NCBI GenBank assembly: GCA_050013255.1
Contig: JBEKFP010000002.1
Location: 128,001 to 192,000 of the forward strand
Reading direction: 5' to 3'
Length of the DNA: 64,000 bases
Origin: Candidatus Bathyarchaeia archaeon
Lineage (GTDB): Archaea; Thermoproteota; Bathyarchaeia; 40CM-2-53-6
In this document: positions 29,510 to 39,662 of the stretch, one piece after another
Layout: every line of letters starts with the position of its first letter
Numbering within the stretch: position 1 is the stretch's first letter
Notes under the pieces: model-generated
Told to the model about the DNA's origin: nothing
Seen by the model: only the letters and a program-made list of their open reading frames with translations
Database searches by the model: none
Position numbers and translations under genes: made by a program

Positions 29510-30328
29510 TTAGGGGTTTTGCAGCTTTTTCGCGCCTGAACTGCTGGTATGATTCAAGACCGGTTCTTCCCTGACCTCAAATGCGTCGACCATCGGATAG
29601 GCTGTTTTCACGGCCTTTTCGAGTTTGTGAGAAATCTCATGTGCCTGCTTGATCGACATAGCCGGGTCAAACTTGCAGTGTAGGAATGCATACAGGTTAT
29701 TCCCGCTGCGTCGGATTTTTACTCCATGTACCGCCTTGATTTCCGGGAACAGTTTCGCTGCGTCCTCTATAAACCATCTTAACTCTGAGCCGCGCCCCTC
29801 GAGCTCTCTGCTTAGGAGATCTGATGCTTGTTCCATGTGAACTATTACTTCGTGAATATCCGGGTCCGCAACCCTCAATCTTCTTTCAACTTCCGTGGCG
29901 ATCTCATGTGCTTGTTTCACCGTGATATGCGCGCTCACCTCGAGGCGGAGGTCAACAGAAAACCTTCCGCCTATCTTCTGAATGTGGACATTGTGGACGC
30001 CTCTTGAGCCTGGTACTTTTTCCGCAATTTCTGTCACGAGAGTGGCGATTCCGGTTCTCGTGTGGCCAATGGGTTCCGTCTGGATGGTAATTCGTGCAAT
30101 TCGTTGCGCCTTGCTTCTTATTGTCCTCTCGATAATTGAGATAATTCTGTGGACCTCATCGAAGGTTAAACTGCTTTCGAGGAAGACGTGTGCGCTGATG
30201 TCAAGCCTCTTACCCGTCACGCGTACGCTGACTTGGCGGCAACCCCTTACTTCAGGGACCGCTTCAATCGTGTCCTTGATGCGATTAGAAATCTCCTTGG
30301 ATGAACGTTCCAACAATGGGATGGGCAT
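29510..30328 (-). CDS. Soluble protein of three cation-efflux (CDF) C-terminal dimerisation-like domains
   Basis: Three repeats of the pattern V..V+.V....G.....(H/D)........(T/S)....H.I...+E..+; no TM domain. Confidence 0.7.
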   Translation of the reverse strand: MPIPLLERSSKEISNRIKDTIEAVPEVRGCRQVSVRVTGKRLDISAHVFLESSLTFDEVHRIISIIERTIRSKAQRIARITIQTEPIGHTRTGIATLVTEIAEKVPGSRGVHNVHIQKIGGRFSVDLRLEVSAHITVKQAHEIATEVERRLRVADPDIHEVIVHMEQASDLLSRELEGRGSELRWFIEDAAKLFPEIKAVHGVKIRRSGNNLYAFLHCKFDPAMSIKQAHEISHKLEKAVKTAYPMVDAFEVREEPVLNHTSSSGAKKLQNP

Positions 30329-30417
30329 TGCTCATTCCGACTGCGAAAAACTTGAGGCATACGTGTCATAAAAGCGACTCGTCCGGTTTCCACGTCTCCC
30401 GGGTTGAATTGATGTTT

Positions 30418-31317
30418 TTAGAGTTGAGCTTTGCGGCATTCTGGACAGAAACCCTCTGAGTCGCTCAGAAGCGCTCCACAGAACTTGCATTTCACGTAGC
30501 TCTGCTTTTCTTTGGAAGGCCTGTACGCTACTTTTCCCCCTCTTTCGTATCTCTTCCCAAAGAATACGGCGAGTTCGAGCAGAATGGCCATCGGAATGAA
30601 CAATGCCAAGTCGGCTATTGGGCCACCATCTGGAGTGACCACTGCAGTAACGATATAGAGAGCGGCGTAGATGTAGCGGCGGCGTGTGGTCACATAACTC
30701 GTCTTAATGATCCCGAACTTGACGAGGAGAACAAAGAAGACTGGGAGCGTGAAGGAGAAACCTGCTGACAGAGTCGTAACGAATACCATATTGTAGAAGT
30801 CCATCACGTAGATTATCGGCGAAGCGCCTGCTAGTCTGAAGAAAGGCAACTGGGCCCAAAGTATGAATGGTGCCAGAATCTTGTAGCCGAATGCTACTCC
30901 AAGAACGAACAGAAGCGTGAAAGAAACCATGAAGGGGTATATTGCCTTTCGTTCTTCAGGGTAGAGGGCAGGGTCGATGTACCTGAATACCTCATAGGCA
31001 ATCACAGGAGCACTGACAGCTACGCCGAGCAACACGGATCCGGTGAAGTAGATTACCAGAGGTGCTGTGATTTCTCCAGCGATAAGTTGAATCCCGGTGG
31101 GAAGTACGTCTTTGACAATCTGACGGAGAACAAGTGCGATTAGCGGGTCGTAAAACGCGAAAGGGTCTTTGAGAAAAGATGGGTTTGCGGGGAAAACCAT
31201 GAATATCGTTGTTGCTATGAAGAGCGAATACAGCACTATTTTCAGTCTGGAGGCTAGCTCGGAAAGGTGCTCAGAAAGTGTACCACCCTTTTCTGGTTCG
31301 ACTACTTTTGCATTCAT
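30418..31317 (-). CDS. tatC: Twin-arginine translocase subunit TatC with C-terminal zinc ribbon
   Basis: LSEHLSELASRL, PALYPEE and VTPDG; C-terminal CKFC...CPEC. Confidence 0.92.
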   Translation of the reverse strand: MNAKVVEPEKGGTLSEHLSELASRLKIVLYSLFIATTIFMVFPANPSFLKDPFAFYDPLIALVLRQIVKDVLPTGIQLIAGEITAPLVIYFTGSVLLGVAVSAPVIAYEVFRYIDPALYPEERKAIYPFMVSFTLLFVLGVAFGYKILAPFILWAQLPFFRLAGASPIIYVMDFYNMVFVTTLSAGFSFTLPVFFVLLVKFGIIKTSYVTTRRRYIYAALYIVTAVVTPDGGPIADLALFIPMAILLELAVFFGKRYERGGKVAYRPSKEKQSYVKCKFCGALLSDSEGFCPECRKAQL

Positions 31318-31406
31318 AGAGAAAACCGTCCGAGTGCTTAGCTAGGCTTAACTTCGTTATACCCTCGCCCAACCTTTCGCGTACTTCGTGGATGACTAAA
31401 TCGGGT

Positions 31407-31688
31407 TTACTTCTTCGCCGTTCGTTCCGCAATTTCCTTGGCAATTTCTTCCTTGGTCTTTCCTTCAGTAGTGATTCCCAAGTTCTTTGCGGCAGTTATG
31501 AGAGGATCGGAACTGGGCTCAGTGGTGCTCGAGGCCGTCGATGATGATACTTCCTTCGCCGCTTTCTCAAACTCTTTCTTGGCGAGTCCTATCGACCTTG
31601 CCAGCTCCGGCAGTTTCTGTGGTCCCCAGAGGAAGACTACAAGGAGAATGCCAACTACAATTAGCCACTCATAACCGATTAGGGCCAA
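31407..31688 (-). CDS. tatA: Twin-arginine translocase subunit TatA
   Basis: TM helix followed by GPQKLPELARSIG...EFEKA. Confidence 0.92.
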   Translation of the reverse strand: MALIGYEWLIVVGILLVVFLWGPQKLPELARSIGLAKKEFEKAAKEVSSSTASSTTEPSSDPLITAAKNLGITTEGKTKEEIAKEIAERTAKK

Positions 31689-31909
31689 TGATTCTCACAT
31701 CGCAAACATGCGTTCAGGACAATATAAGAGTGCTGAACGAAATGCAAACAGTTTCAATATTTCTGGACGACAGATTCTGCGGAATACCTTTAAGCCACGA
31801 AAGTTCGCCGAGTAAGAAATCTCTTTGAACGGTGGCCAAGAGGTGAACTGGGACGTTTGTTGGCGGAATCCGGCTGCGTCCACTATATTTCATCCTGCCA
31901 ACTCTTCCT

Positions 31910-33625
31910 TTGGGAATAGTGCTCCTAATCCGAATCCCAGTGTTTGGCCCAACCCTCAACGAAATCTTCGCCTATCAACTGACGGCCGGGCTCTTTCAGC
32001 TGAACTGGGACAACTACATCTTGCGAACAATGATTCGAATGCTTCTGGCCTACGGGCTATCCGTAGCATTCGCCTTGGTTTACGGGATAACCGCCGCGAT
32101 CAGCAGGCGGGCTGAGCAAGTGTTGATACCCATACTGGATGTTCTTCAATCGATTCCAGTATTGGGTTATCTGCCAGGTGCTATTGTTGTCTTTCTGACC
32201 CTTTTCAATGGAAGCATTATTGGCCAAGAATTGGCGTCAGTAGTTCTCATTTTCACTGGCATGGTTTGGGCTGTAACCTTTGGTGTTTATGGTGGCGTCA
32301 AGACGATTCCGAAAGACATTGTAGAAGCGGCGCGTAGCTTCGGAATCCGTCGATCAAAATACCTTAGGGACGTAGTCTTTCCCGCTCTCTATCCGCCGTT
32401 CATTTCAGGTAGCATTCTCGCATGGGGGGGAGGATGGTACTTCCTGATCGCGTGTGAGTATCTTAGCTTCGGAACTACTAGGCCTTACACTCTTCCGGGC
32501 TTGGGTTTCTATATTTTCAAAGCCGCTCTTGACGGCAACATTGCTGCGTCTCTTTTCGGGCTCCTCATTCTCATTGCAATTGTGGCACTCATTAATCGGT
32601 TCGTCTGGCACCCGTTGATGGACCACGCTGACAAGTACAAGTACGAAAGCACAGCTCTACCCACTCATAGGAAGAGCCAATCACATCTCAGTCAGTGGCT
32701 GCTGAGAAAATCGCGGGAGGTTTCCGAAGACCTTGCAAAGGTCGTTGAACCCGTCGTATCCTTAGAACACAAGTACTACGCGCACTCAATTCGTTTTCGG
32801 CATGTGAACCTGCTTTCGCATGCGCATATAGGGGCGGCTTGGCACAAGTACAGCCGTTTTGGGCGTATTATCGGTACAGCAATAGGAATATTATTGGTGG
32901 TACTATTTTTTGAGCTTCTCGTCCCACCGAAGTTTCCTGAAGCCATTCACCAATTTATGCTACGCCGAGAGCTTGCGATGATTCCGAACTATATGATAGG
33001 TTCAGTGGCACGATTGCTGGTGGGATACTTGATTGCACTCTCATGGACTCTTGTTGCTGGAATTGTCATAGCGAGAAGTGAAAGATTGTTCAACATCATG
33101 CTGCCAATCTTCGACATAGCTCAATCCGTTCCGGCGCTGGCCTTGTTTCCAGTTGTGGTCACGGTCGTGATTGACTATTTCCACGGCTCAGAGTTTGGCC
33201 TGGAATTAGCCTCAACCGTTTTGGTTTTGACTGGAATGCAATGGTATCTTTTGTTCAACATTATAGGCGCAGTCAAAGCTATTCCATCCGACGTGATTGA
33301 AGCCTCACGATGTTTCGGGGTTCGCGGACTCGGGTTCATTAAGAATATTGTAATTCCAGCAATCGTACCCGCAATAATCTTGGGGAGTATTCAGGCTTGG
33401 GGCGGGGGATGGAATGCGACAATAGCCTCGGAATACATCGTGACCTCAACCAAAATCTACCAAGTGCCGGGTCTAGGATACATGCTGGATGTCGCGGTCG
33501 CCAAAGGCGACACCCCCCTCGTGCTGGTCGCGGTCGGTTTGATGGCTGGCGTTGTTTTTCTAATGAACCGCACGGTGTGGCATTATTCGCTGAAACGGGT
33601 TAACAAATACAAGTTTGAGGGGTAG
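31910..33625 (+). CDS. ABC transporter permease, duplicated NitT/TauT-type domain
   Basis: Two permease repeats (LDVLQSIPVL / FDIAQSVPAL) with EAA loops; start may lie slightly upstream. Confidence 0.88.
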   Translation: MGIVLLIRIPVFGPTLNEIFAYQLTAGLFQLNWDNYILRTMIRMLLAYGLSVAFALVYGITAAISRRAEQVLIPILDVLQSIPVLGYLPGAIVVFLTLFNGSIIGQELASVVLIFTGMVWAVTFGVYGGVKTIPKDIVEAARSFGIRRSKYLRDVVFPALYPPFISGSILAWGGGWYFLIACEYLSFGTTRPYTLPGLGFYIFKAALDGNIAASLFGLLILIAIVALINRFVWHPLMDHADKYKYESTALPTHRKSQSHLSQWLLRKSREVSEDLAKVVEPVVSLEHKYYAHSIRFRHVNLLSHAHIGAAWHKYSRFGRIIGTAIGILLVVLFFELLVPPKFPEAIHQFMLRRELAMIPNYMIGSVARLLVGYLIALSWTLVAGIVIARSERLFNIMLPIFDIAQSVPALALFPVVVTVVIDYFHGSEFGLELASTVLVLTGMQWYLLFNIIGAVKAIPSDVIEASRCFGVRGLGFIKNIVIPAIVPAIILGSIQAWGGGWNATIASEYIVTSTKIYQVPGLGYMLDVAVAKGDTPLVLVAVGLMAGVVFLMNRTVWHYSLKRVNKYKFEG

Positions 33626-33628
33626 ACA

Positions 33629-34417
33629 ATGGCTGCCTCCGCGGTCCTGCAAATTCAAGAAGTTTCAAAGATTTTCGAGGCAGGTGACCATAATGTCCAG
33701 GCGCTAGATTCAGTTTCATTTGATGTTTACCCGCATGAGTTTCTCTGCATTGTCGGACCGTCTGGATGTGGGAAGTCGACACTGCTGAGGATTCTTGACG
33801 GCCTGGATTATGCAACCTCCGGGCGAGTCTTATTCAAGAGCGAACCCATAACGTCACCTTCCCCGAAGCTATCCATGATCTTCCAAACCTTTGCCCTGCT
33901 ACCTTGGAAAAATGTACGAGAAAACATTGAATTGGGATTAGATGCCCAGGGAGTTGGCGCTCAGGAAAGGCGCGAGCGAACGGCCAGGTACATCGAATCA
34001 GTCGGCCTAAGCGGTTTTGAGGGCGCGTATCCTCGCGAGCTATCGGGCGGGATGAAGCAGAGGGTGGGTATCGCCCGAGCACTGGCAGTCGAGCCCGAGG
34101 TTCTCTTGATGGATGAACCCTTCTCATCTCTAGATGAATTGACGGCAGACACATTACGGCGTGAGGTCCTTGAAATTTGGCGCGAACCAACCAAAGTTAC
34201 GGACACATTCATAATGGTGACCCATAATGTTCACGAGGCAGTATTTATGGCGGATAGAGTCATCATCCTGCGTGCAAGGCCAGGAAAGCTTGTTGCGGAC
34301 TTGGTTATTGACTTACCCCGGCCTCGTGAGAAGTATGCCCACACTGAAGGCTTCTACAAATACGAACAGGAAATAATCTCATTAATCGAGAAAAATTCGG
34401 GACCCACACCAACCTAG
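33629..34417 (+). CDS. ABC transporter ATP-binding protein (NitT/TauT family)
   Basis: [23 protein letters not shown] and VTHN. Confidence 0.93.
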   Translation: MAASAVLQIQEVSKIFEAGDHNVQALDSVSFDVYPHEFLCIVGPSGCGKSTLLRILDGLDYATSGRVLFKSEPITSPSPKLSMIFQTFALLPWKNVRENIELGLDAQGVGAQERRERTARYIESVGLSGFEGAYPRELSGGMKQRVGIARALAVEPEVLLMDEPFSSLDELTADTLRREVLEIWREPTKVTDTFIMVTHNVHEAVFMADRVIILRARPGKLVADLVIDLPRPREKYAHTEGFYKYEQEIISLIEKNSGPTPT

Positions 34418-34440
34418 CCGAGAAGAAGGTTTCAATTCAG

Positions 34441-35475
34441 TCAATCCGAGGTTGCACCTAGAGCTTTGTACCCGTAATGGTATGCGGCTATTCCTGTTAC
34501 TGGAAGGTCAAGCCAAAAGGTCACAATTCTTGACAGGAGTGCTGCTGAGGCTGCGACGGCAACAGGAACTCCGAACAAAGACAGTGAGGCAGTGATTGCG
34601 GTCTCATAGATCCCAAGCATTCCAGGAACCGCAATAGGCGTCATCTGAATCATTTTACCAATTGCCATGGTAACTAGCACGACCCAAAGGGAAACAGAAG
34701 AGCTGACGGCTACAAGAACAACCCAGAGTATCAACACTGAGCACGCCCAGTCGCCTAGGCTCGCCGCGAACGAAGCCGCAACGTGTGTCCTTGAAGAGAG
34801 CATCCCTCGAAAGGCGATGTGGTAATCATTCAAGAATTGGCCCGCCTTTCCGTTCATCCTTCCCTGTTTTTGCACGATTTTGATTACGGGCTGAACCAGT
34901 CTAAGCGCGCGATCCAAGAGTGGCTGCATTATCTTCGGATTCAGGGAAAGAAAGAGTGAGGCGATTAGCCCTGCCACTGCAAGTACTGGCAATGCAGCTA
35001 GCTGAAAAATCACTGAAGTCGTTACGCGGCCTCCTAAGATGAGGACCACGAAGGCAAGGGATGTGCTTGCTAGAAAACCGACGATGTAGAGAACTCGGTG
35101 CAAGACAACTGTGGCAGTAGATTCTCCCAGCGTCATCCCAGACTCCTTCGAGGCCAGGATGCATCTTACTGCTTCAAGGAAGATGCCGCTCGGCATAGTG
35201 TAGCTCGCGAAAATGCTCGCGAACGTAATTCCCTGGCAAGTGAGAAACGGCAGTCTGGAACCCGTAGACCGGATTAGGGCATACCACGCGGTCGCATAGA
35301 AGGTAAAGCCAAGAAGTTGAATTCCAACCATCGCCAGAATTATGGTAGGGTTAACTTGGAGAAGTACGCGGACAAGGGAGTCGAGACCGACAAAATAAAT
35401 GAAAGCCACCAGAACCGATATCCCTACCGCCAAGCTGGCAAGCCTCGTGATTCTCCCTCTGTTGATGGGCTGCAC
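34441..35475 (-). CDS. UPF0104 / lysylphosphatidylglycerol synthase TM-domain (flippase-like) membrane protein
   Basis: Polytopic; PIAVPGMLGIYE and LLSRIVTFW motifs. Confidence 0.8.
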   Translation of the reverse strand: MQPINRGRITRLASLAVGISVLVAFIYFVGLDSLVRVLLQVNPTIILAMVGIQLLGFTFYATAWYALIRSTGSRLPFLTCQGITFASIFASYTMPSGIFLEAVRCILASKESGMTLGESTATVVLHRVLYIVGFLASTSLAFVVLILGGRVTTSVIFQLAALPVLAVAGLIASLFLSLNPKIMQPLLDRALRLVQPVIKIVQKQGRMNGKAGQFLNDYHIAFRGMLSSRTHVAASFAASLGDWACSVLILWVVLVAVSSSVSLWVVLVTMAIGKMIQMTPIAVPGMLGIYETAITASLSLFGVPVAVAASAALLSRIVTFWLDLPVTGIAAYHYGYKALGATSD

Positions 35476-36254
35476 CTCCGATACTGCCTACAAACTACGA
35501 AACAGGCCAGTCGAATCCTGTAAGCATGGAATTCACACTTATATTCAGTCGCAACTGTAGTGCTTCATGTTTAGCTGAAAACGTTTCATTTTGAGCCCAT
35601 TCCACCATTGTCTTCTAGACGAAACAAAAAACGTTGAGTTCACAGAACGGTTCAAGCATCGCGAAAGTTGAAGAGCCATTCTCCGACATCCCTCAACTCC
35701 TCCGATCGGTCGCAACTCTCGTAGCGATACCCTGCCCGCCTCAAGACTTCGGCGAAACTTCGCTTGCTCTCGACGCCGTTTTCGGGTTTATAGTTCACAG
35801 GGCCCCGGATGTTTGCATGTTTCGCTTAGTTCACAGTGCTTTGGCGGCCTGAGCAGGGCCGATCGTACGGGCCTGCTTCATTCCACATACCCGCGGCCCG
35901 GGTGTAGTAGAGTGCCAGTGAATTGTTGCCTTGATTACGTTCTCTTGACGCACTTATGGGAGTAGATTCGCACACTGGATCCAGTTGTTCTGCAGCTTCC
36001 CTACTTCAGACTTAATGACAGACAGACAATGGAACGCCGTGCTTTTCGAACATAGGTTGGTTTCCAAGAAACACGGACACACTCATTATTCAGGCCACGC
36101 AAGAATATGAAACAAAAAGGAAGGCAAGATAGCTAGCGCAAGAGTTGAGGGAATGCTAAGCCTGCACAAGCATTATCGCTACCCGTCTAGCACATTTCTT
36201 AAATTCTTAAGACTGGAACTAACTTCGAAGCTCGCGTCAACGAGGAGTCGAAAA

Positions 36255-37496
36255 ATGGACGATGAGACAATTCAGAGAGAATATGATCGCATTCTGGAAT
36301 ATGCTCGCGCTCATTATGCGAACGAAAGTGATTTGATTTCACAATCAACGGAGTGCCAGAAATCGTCCTACAGAATGATGTTCCAGAACGTCCTCGATCG
36401 GATTCCATTGTCGTTAAAGGAAAAAACGGTTGCAGACTTTGGTTGCAAGTACGGACACCTACTTCCCCTGCTGTTCAAGGTAGGCGTCAGAAAGGTTATC
36501 GGAATAGAAGCCCTGGATCAATTCATACGCATTGCAAGAGATCTGTTCAAAGGATATGGCGAACGTGTGGAATTCGTGAAATGTGAGCGTGGATATATCC
36601 CGCTGCAACCAGAGACCGTAGACGTAGTCATAATGAACGAGGTTATTTCACATGTCAATCCAACGTACATACCGGTTGCATATTCCGAGACTGCGCGGAT
36701 CTTGACTGTCGGGGGCATGCTGTTCGTTTCTGATGGCAACAATTCAGCCTATCCCGAGCGTCAGTCCGCTCTAGTTTCATTGTATGATGCAATTGAAAAT
36801 GGGCCGGAAGGCACACGATTGGATTGCGGAGCGACTGTTCAAGTTTCCTTTGTGAATCAGAGGAAAGCAATGATTCGATCACGTTATCCTAGCATGGAGG
36901 ACAAGAAAGCTGAGTACTTGGCAAAGAATACTTCTGGCCTGTTTGGCGATTACCTCTGTGATGTCATAGACCACTTTGCGCGGACAGGAGAATTGATACG
37001 TCGTCCCCACCGCCGGGGAATCCCGCCTACCTATCCCGATACGGGGCAAGTCGAAGAAAGAGGATTCTACCCTGAACAGGTTGAGTTCGAGTTGATGAAG
37101 TATGGGTTTGAATGCAAGATATTGGATAAGCCCTGCCGGCCCCCCGGTGAGCGAGTTCTTCTGGATAATGCTAGACTAGAACCTGCCAGCGGGTACGGAA
37201 AATATGCGTATCAGCTTCCTATCCCAAATGAGTATCCAATCCAGCAAAAACCTCCCACAATCCTTCTCGAGGGTGGCCATGCTTTACCACATAGCAATGT
37301 CGCAGCTGTGGATATTGCTGAGATGGGAGGTGGGCGCTATTGCATATGGTTCCCCAATGGTTCGATCTACCTCTCAGCTTCGGACAATACAGATCCGCGC
37401 AGGAACGGGCGCAAGTATGAGCTCTATTGGACTACTCAAGATATGTTGCCGTATGCACGTCCAGGATTTCAAATCGCTGCAGTGAAAACACATTAG
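36255..37496 (+). CDS. Class I SAM-dependent methyltransferase with additional C-terminal domain
   Basis: VADFGCKYG, NEVISHV and ILTVGGMLF; C-terminal GGGRY...YLSASDNTDPRRNGRKY; GAGGAG precedes ATG at 36255. Confidence 0.8.
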   Translation: MDDETIQREYDRILEYARAHYANESDLISQSTECQKSSYRMMFQNVLDRIPLSLKEKTVADFGCKYGHLLPLLFKVGVRKVIGIEALDQFIRIARDLFKGYGERVEFVKCERGYIPLQPETVDVVIMNEVISHVNPTYIPVAYSETARILTVGGMLFVSDGNNSAYPERQSALVSLYDAIENGPEGTRLDCGATVQVSFVNQRKAMIRSRYPSMEDKKAEYLAKNTSGLFGDYLCDVIDHFARTGELIRRPHRRGIPPTYPDTGQVEERGFYPEQVEFELMKYGFECKILDKPCRPPGERVLLDNARLEPASGYGKYAYQLPIPNEYPIQQKPPTILLEGGHALPHSNVAAVDIAEMGGGRYCIWFPNGSIYLSASDNTDPRRNGRKYELYWTTQDMLPYARPGFQIAAVKTH

Positions 37497-37705
37497 CACT
37501 ACGCGTGAAGGTTGTTTTACACCGGTGACACAATTTCTTCTGAGCGGCCTTCTCCCTGCTTTTTCCTAGAGCCCCCTAATTCAATCGAGTCTCTCAAAGA
37601 CTGCTTGAGATCTCTAGGATGGTATCAGATGCTCGTTGACAACAGGTGCGACGAAGTTGACACGAAGTTTGACAAATTGACACTCAGTGTGGCAATCGAC
37701 ACTAT

Positions 37706-37831
37706 GAACCGCATCGCCCGTACCAAGCGCGCCTGATAGGTGAACCCGAACTTGTTGAACATGTGGCGATGGGCTGGGAAGTCGTACGAGAACTACAAAA
37801 CGGACAAGTACTCATTAGAAAACCATCATAA
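37706..37831 (+). pseudogene. Start-less C-terminal gene fragment, possibly from a mobile-element gene
   Basis: Frame reads EPHRPYQARLIGEPELVEHVAMGWEVVRELQNGQVLIRKPS*, a protein-like beta-alpha-beta-beta pattern with no start codon at its 5' end. Confidence 0.35.
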
Positions 37832-37943
37832 CTTTCTCCTAGCCGGTGGAGAAATGCAAGATAATGTGCACTATAGATACGTGTACTTATATTCATGCAA
37901 TACCGCGCATGGCAATCCGTATACCACTTTGGGGTAACGTTGC

Positions 37944-39659
37944 GTGGCAGAAACACTGAGCTATGATGTAGTAATAGTCGGCTCGGGCTTAGCGGGGCTA
38001 CGCGCCGCCATCGAAGCTGCTCGTGTTTCGAAGGGCAGATGTAGTGTGGCTGTGTTAACTAAGGTTCAGGCGATGCGATCCCACTCAGTATCTGCGGAGG
38101 GTGGCACTGCGGCCGTCCTGTACCCGGACAAAGGGGATACATTCGAATCCCACATATACGACACGATAAAGGGCAGCGACTTTCTCGCGGACCAGGATGC
38201 TGTCGAATTCTTCGTGAATGCTATGCCCGCTGAGATCTACATGCTTGAACATTGGGGTATGCCTTGGTCGAGAACCGATGATGGCCGAATAGCCCAACGC
38301 AACTTCGGCGGATACAGCTTTCCGCGCGCTACCTTCGCGGCCGACCGAGTAGGTTTCTTTGAGATGCAGACACTCTACGACACAACTCGCAAGTTCGAAA
38401 GCATCCACTTTTTCCAAGAATGGTACGTGACCTCACTCATTGTGGACAACGGCGTATTCAGGGGTGTCACCGCAATTGATTTGAAGACTGGTGAATTCCA
38501 TGCTTTCAATGCGAAAGCCGGCATTATTGCAACTGGCGGAGCCGGGAGACTCTACAAGTTTGCGACCTATGGATACTCATCTACTCCCGACGGCCTCTCG
38601 CTTGTATACAGGGCCGGTGCGCCGATCGAGGACATGGAGTTCGTCCAGTTTCACCCGACCGGCCTGATCCCTTCAGGTGTTCTAATCACGGAGGGCGCAC
38701 GCGGAGACGGCGCCATCCTCCTCAATGGTAAAGGAGAGCGTTTCATGAAAAAGTACGCACCTGAAAAGATGGACCTGGCTTCCAGGGATGTCGTTTCTAG
38801 GGCAATTATCACTGAAATTCAAGAAGGGCGAGGATTAACGGATCCGGTAAGCGGAATGGATTACTTGCTCCTAGACTTGCGTCACCTGGGGGCTGAGAAA
38901 ATCAAGGAACGACTTTCAGGCATTAGAGAGATTGCCATCAAGTTCAAAGGCATAGACCCAATTGACGAGCCCTTGCCAATCCGCCCGGTTTGCCATTACA
39001 CGATGGGTGGAATCAAAACCGACATGAAAGCTCAAACCCCAATCACTGCCCTCTGGGCCGCAGGGGAAGCCGCTTGTGTAAGCATTAACGGAGCCAACCG
39101 CTTAGGTGCCAATTCAACCGCCGAATGTTTGGTCTTCGGTGCACAGGCTGGCGCAAATGCAGCCCAATACGCTTTGGAACAGCCTTCCCACGACTTGAAT
39201 CAGCAGCCAGTAGCCGCTGAGGAGAAGCGGCTATTTGATGGAATCTTCCATGGCAGCGGAGGCGAAAACCCGTATGAGGTTCACAACGAAGTGCAGGCGA
39301 TCATGGACAAGTATGCATATGTTTACCGAACAGGCGAAGGATTGGGAGAGGGATTGAGGCAACTCCGTGAACTTCACAATAGATCTTTTCGGCACGTCGA
39401 CGACCAGGCGAAGGAGTACAACACCAATTTCATCAACGTCCTCGAACTTGAGGCAATGTTTGAGGTCGCTGAAATCGTCCTCGCTGGAGGCTTGGGGAGG
39501 ACAGAGTCGCGCGGCGCCCATTCGCGAATAGATTATCCCAAGCGGGATGATGCTAATTGGCTCAAGCACAGCTTGTGCTACTACACCCCAGATGGGCCAC
39601 GCATCGATTACGCTCCAGTAACAATTACCAGATACACACCGACGGAACGACATTATTAG
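37944..39659 (+). CDS. sdhA: Succinate dehydrogenase/fumarate reductase flavoprotein subunit
   Basis: GSGLAG, RSHSVSAEGG, QFHPTG, TEGARG, HYTMGG, GANRLGANS and ESRGAH. Confidence 0.95.
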   Translation: MAETLSYDVVIVGSGLAGLRAAIEAARVSKGRCSVAVLTKVQAMRSHSVSAEGGTAAVLYPDKGDTFESHIYDTIKGSDFLADQDAVEFFVNAMPAEIYMLEHWGMPWSRTDDGRIAQRNFGGYSFPRATFAADRVGFFEMQTLYDTTRKFESIHFFQEWYVTSLIVDNGVFRGVTAIDLKTGEFHAFNAKAGIIATGGAGRLYKFATYGYSSTPDGLSLVYRAGAPIEDMEFVQFHPTGLIPSGVLITEGARGDGAILLNGKGERFMKKYAPEKMDLASRDVVSRAIITEIQEGRGLTDPVSGMDYLLLDLRHLGAEKIKERLSGIREIAIKFKGIDPIDEPLPIRPVCHYTMGGIKTDMKAQTPITALWAAGEAACVSINGANRLGANSTAECLVFGAQAGANAAQYALEQPSHDLNQQPVAAEEKRLFDGIFHGSGGENPYEVHNEVQAIMDKYAYVYRTGEGLGEGLRQLRELHNRSFRHVDDQAKEYNTNFINVLELEAMFEVAEIVLAGGLGRTESRGAHSRIDYPKRDDANWLKHSLCYYTPDGPRIDYAPVTITRYTPTERHY

Positions 39660-39662
39660 AAA

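Noticed and set aside
31910-34417. ABC transporter lacking a substrate-binding protein
   Set aside because: Duplicated-permease plus ATPase pairs of this family commonly occur without an adjacent binding protein.
37740-37937. 65-aa ORF upstream of sdhA as a membrane anchor
   Set aside because: It is hydrophilic with no TM helix, and a different frame looks more protein-like.
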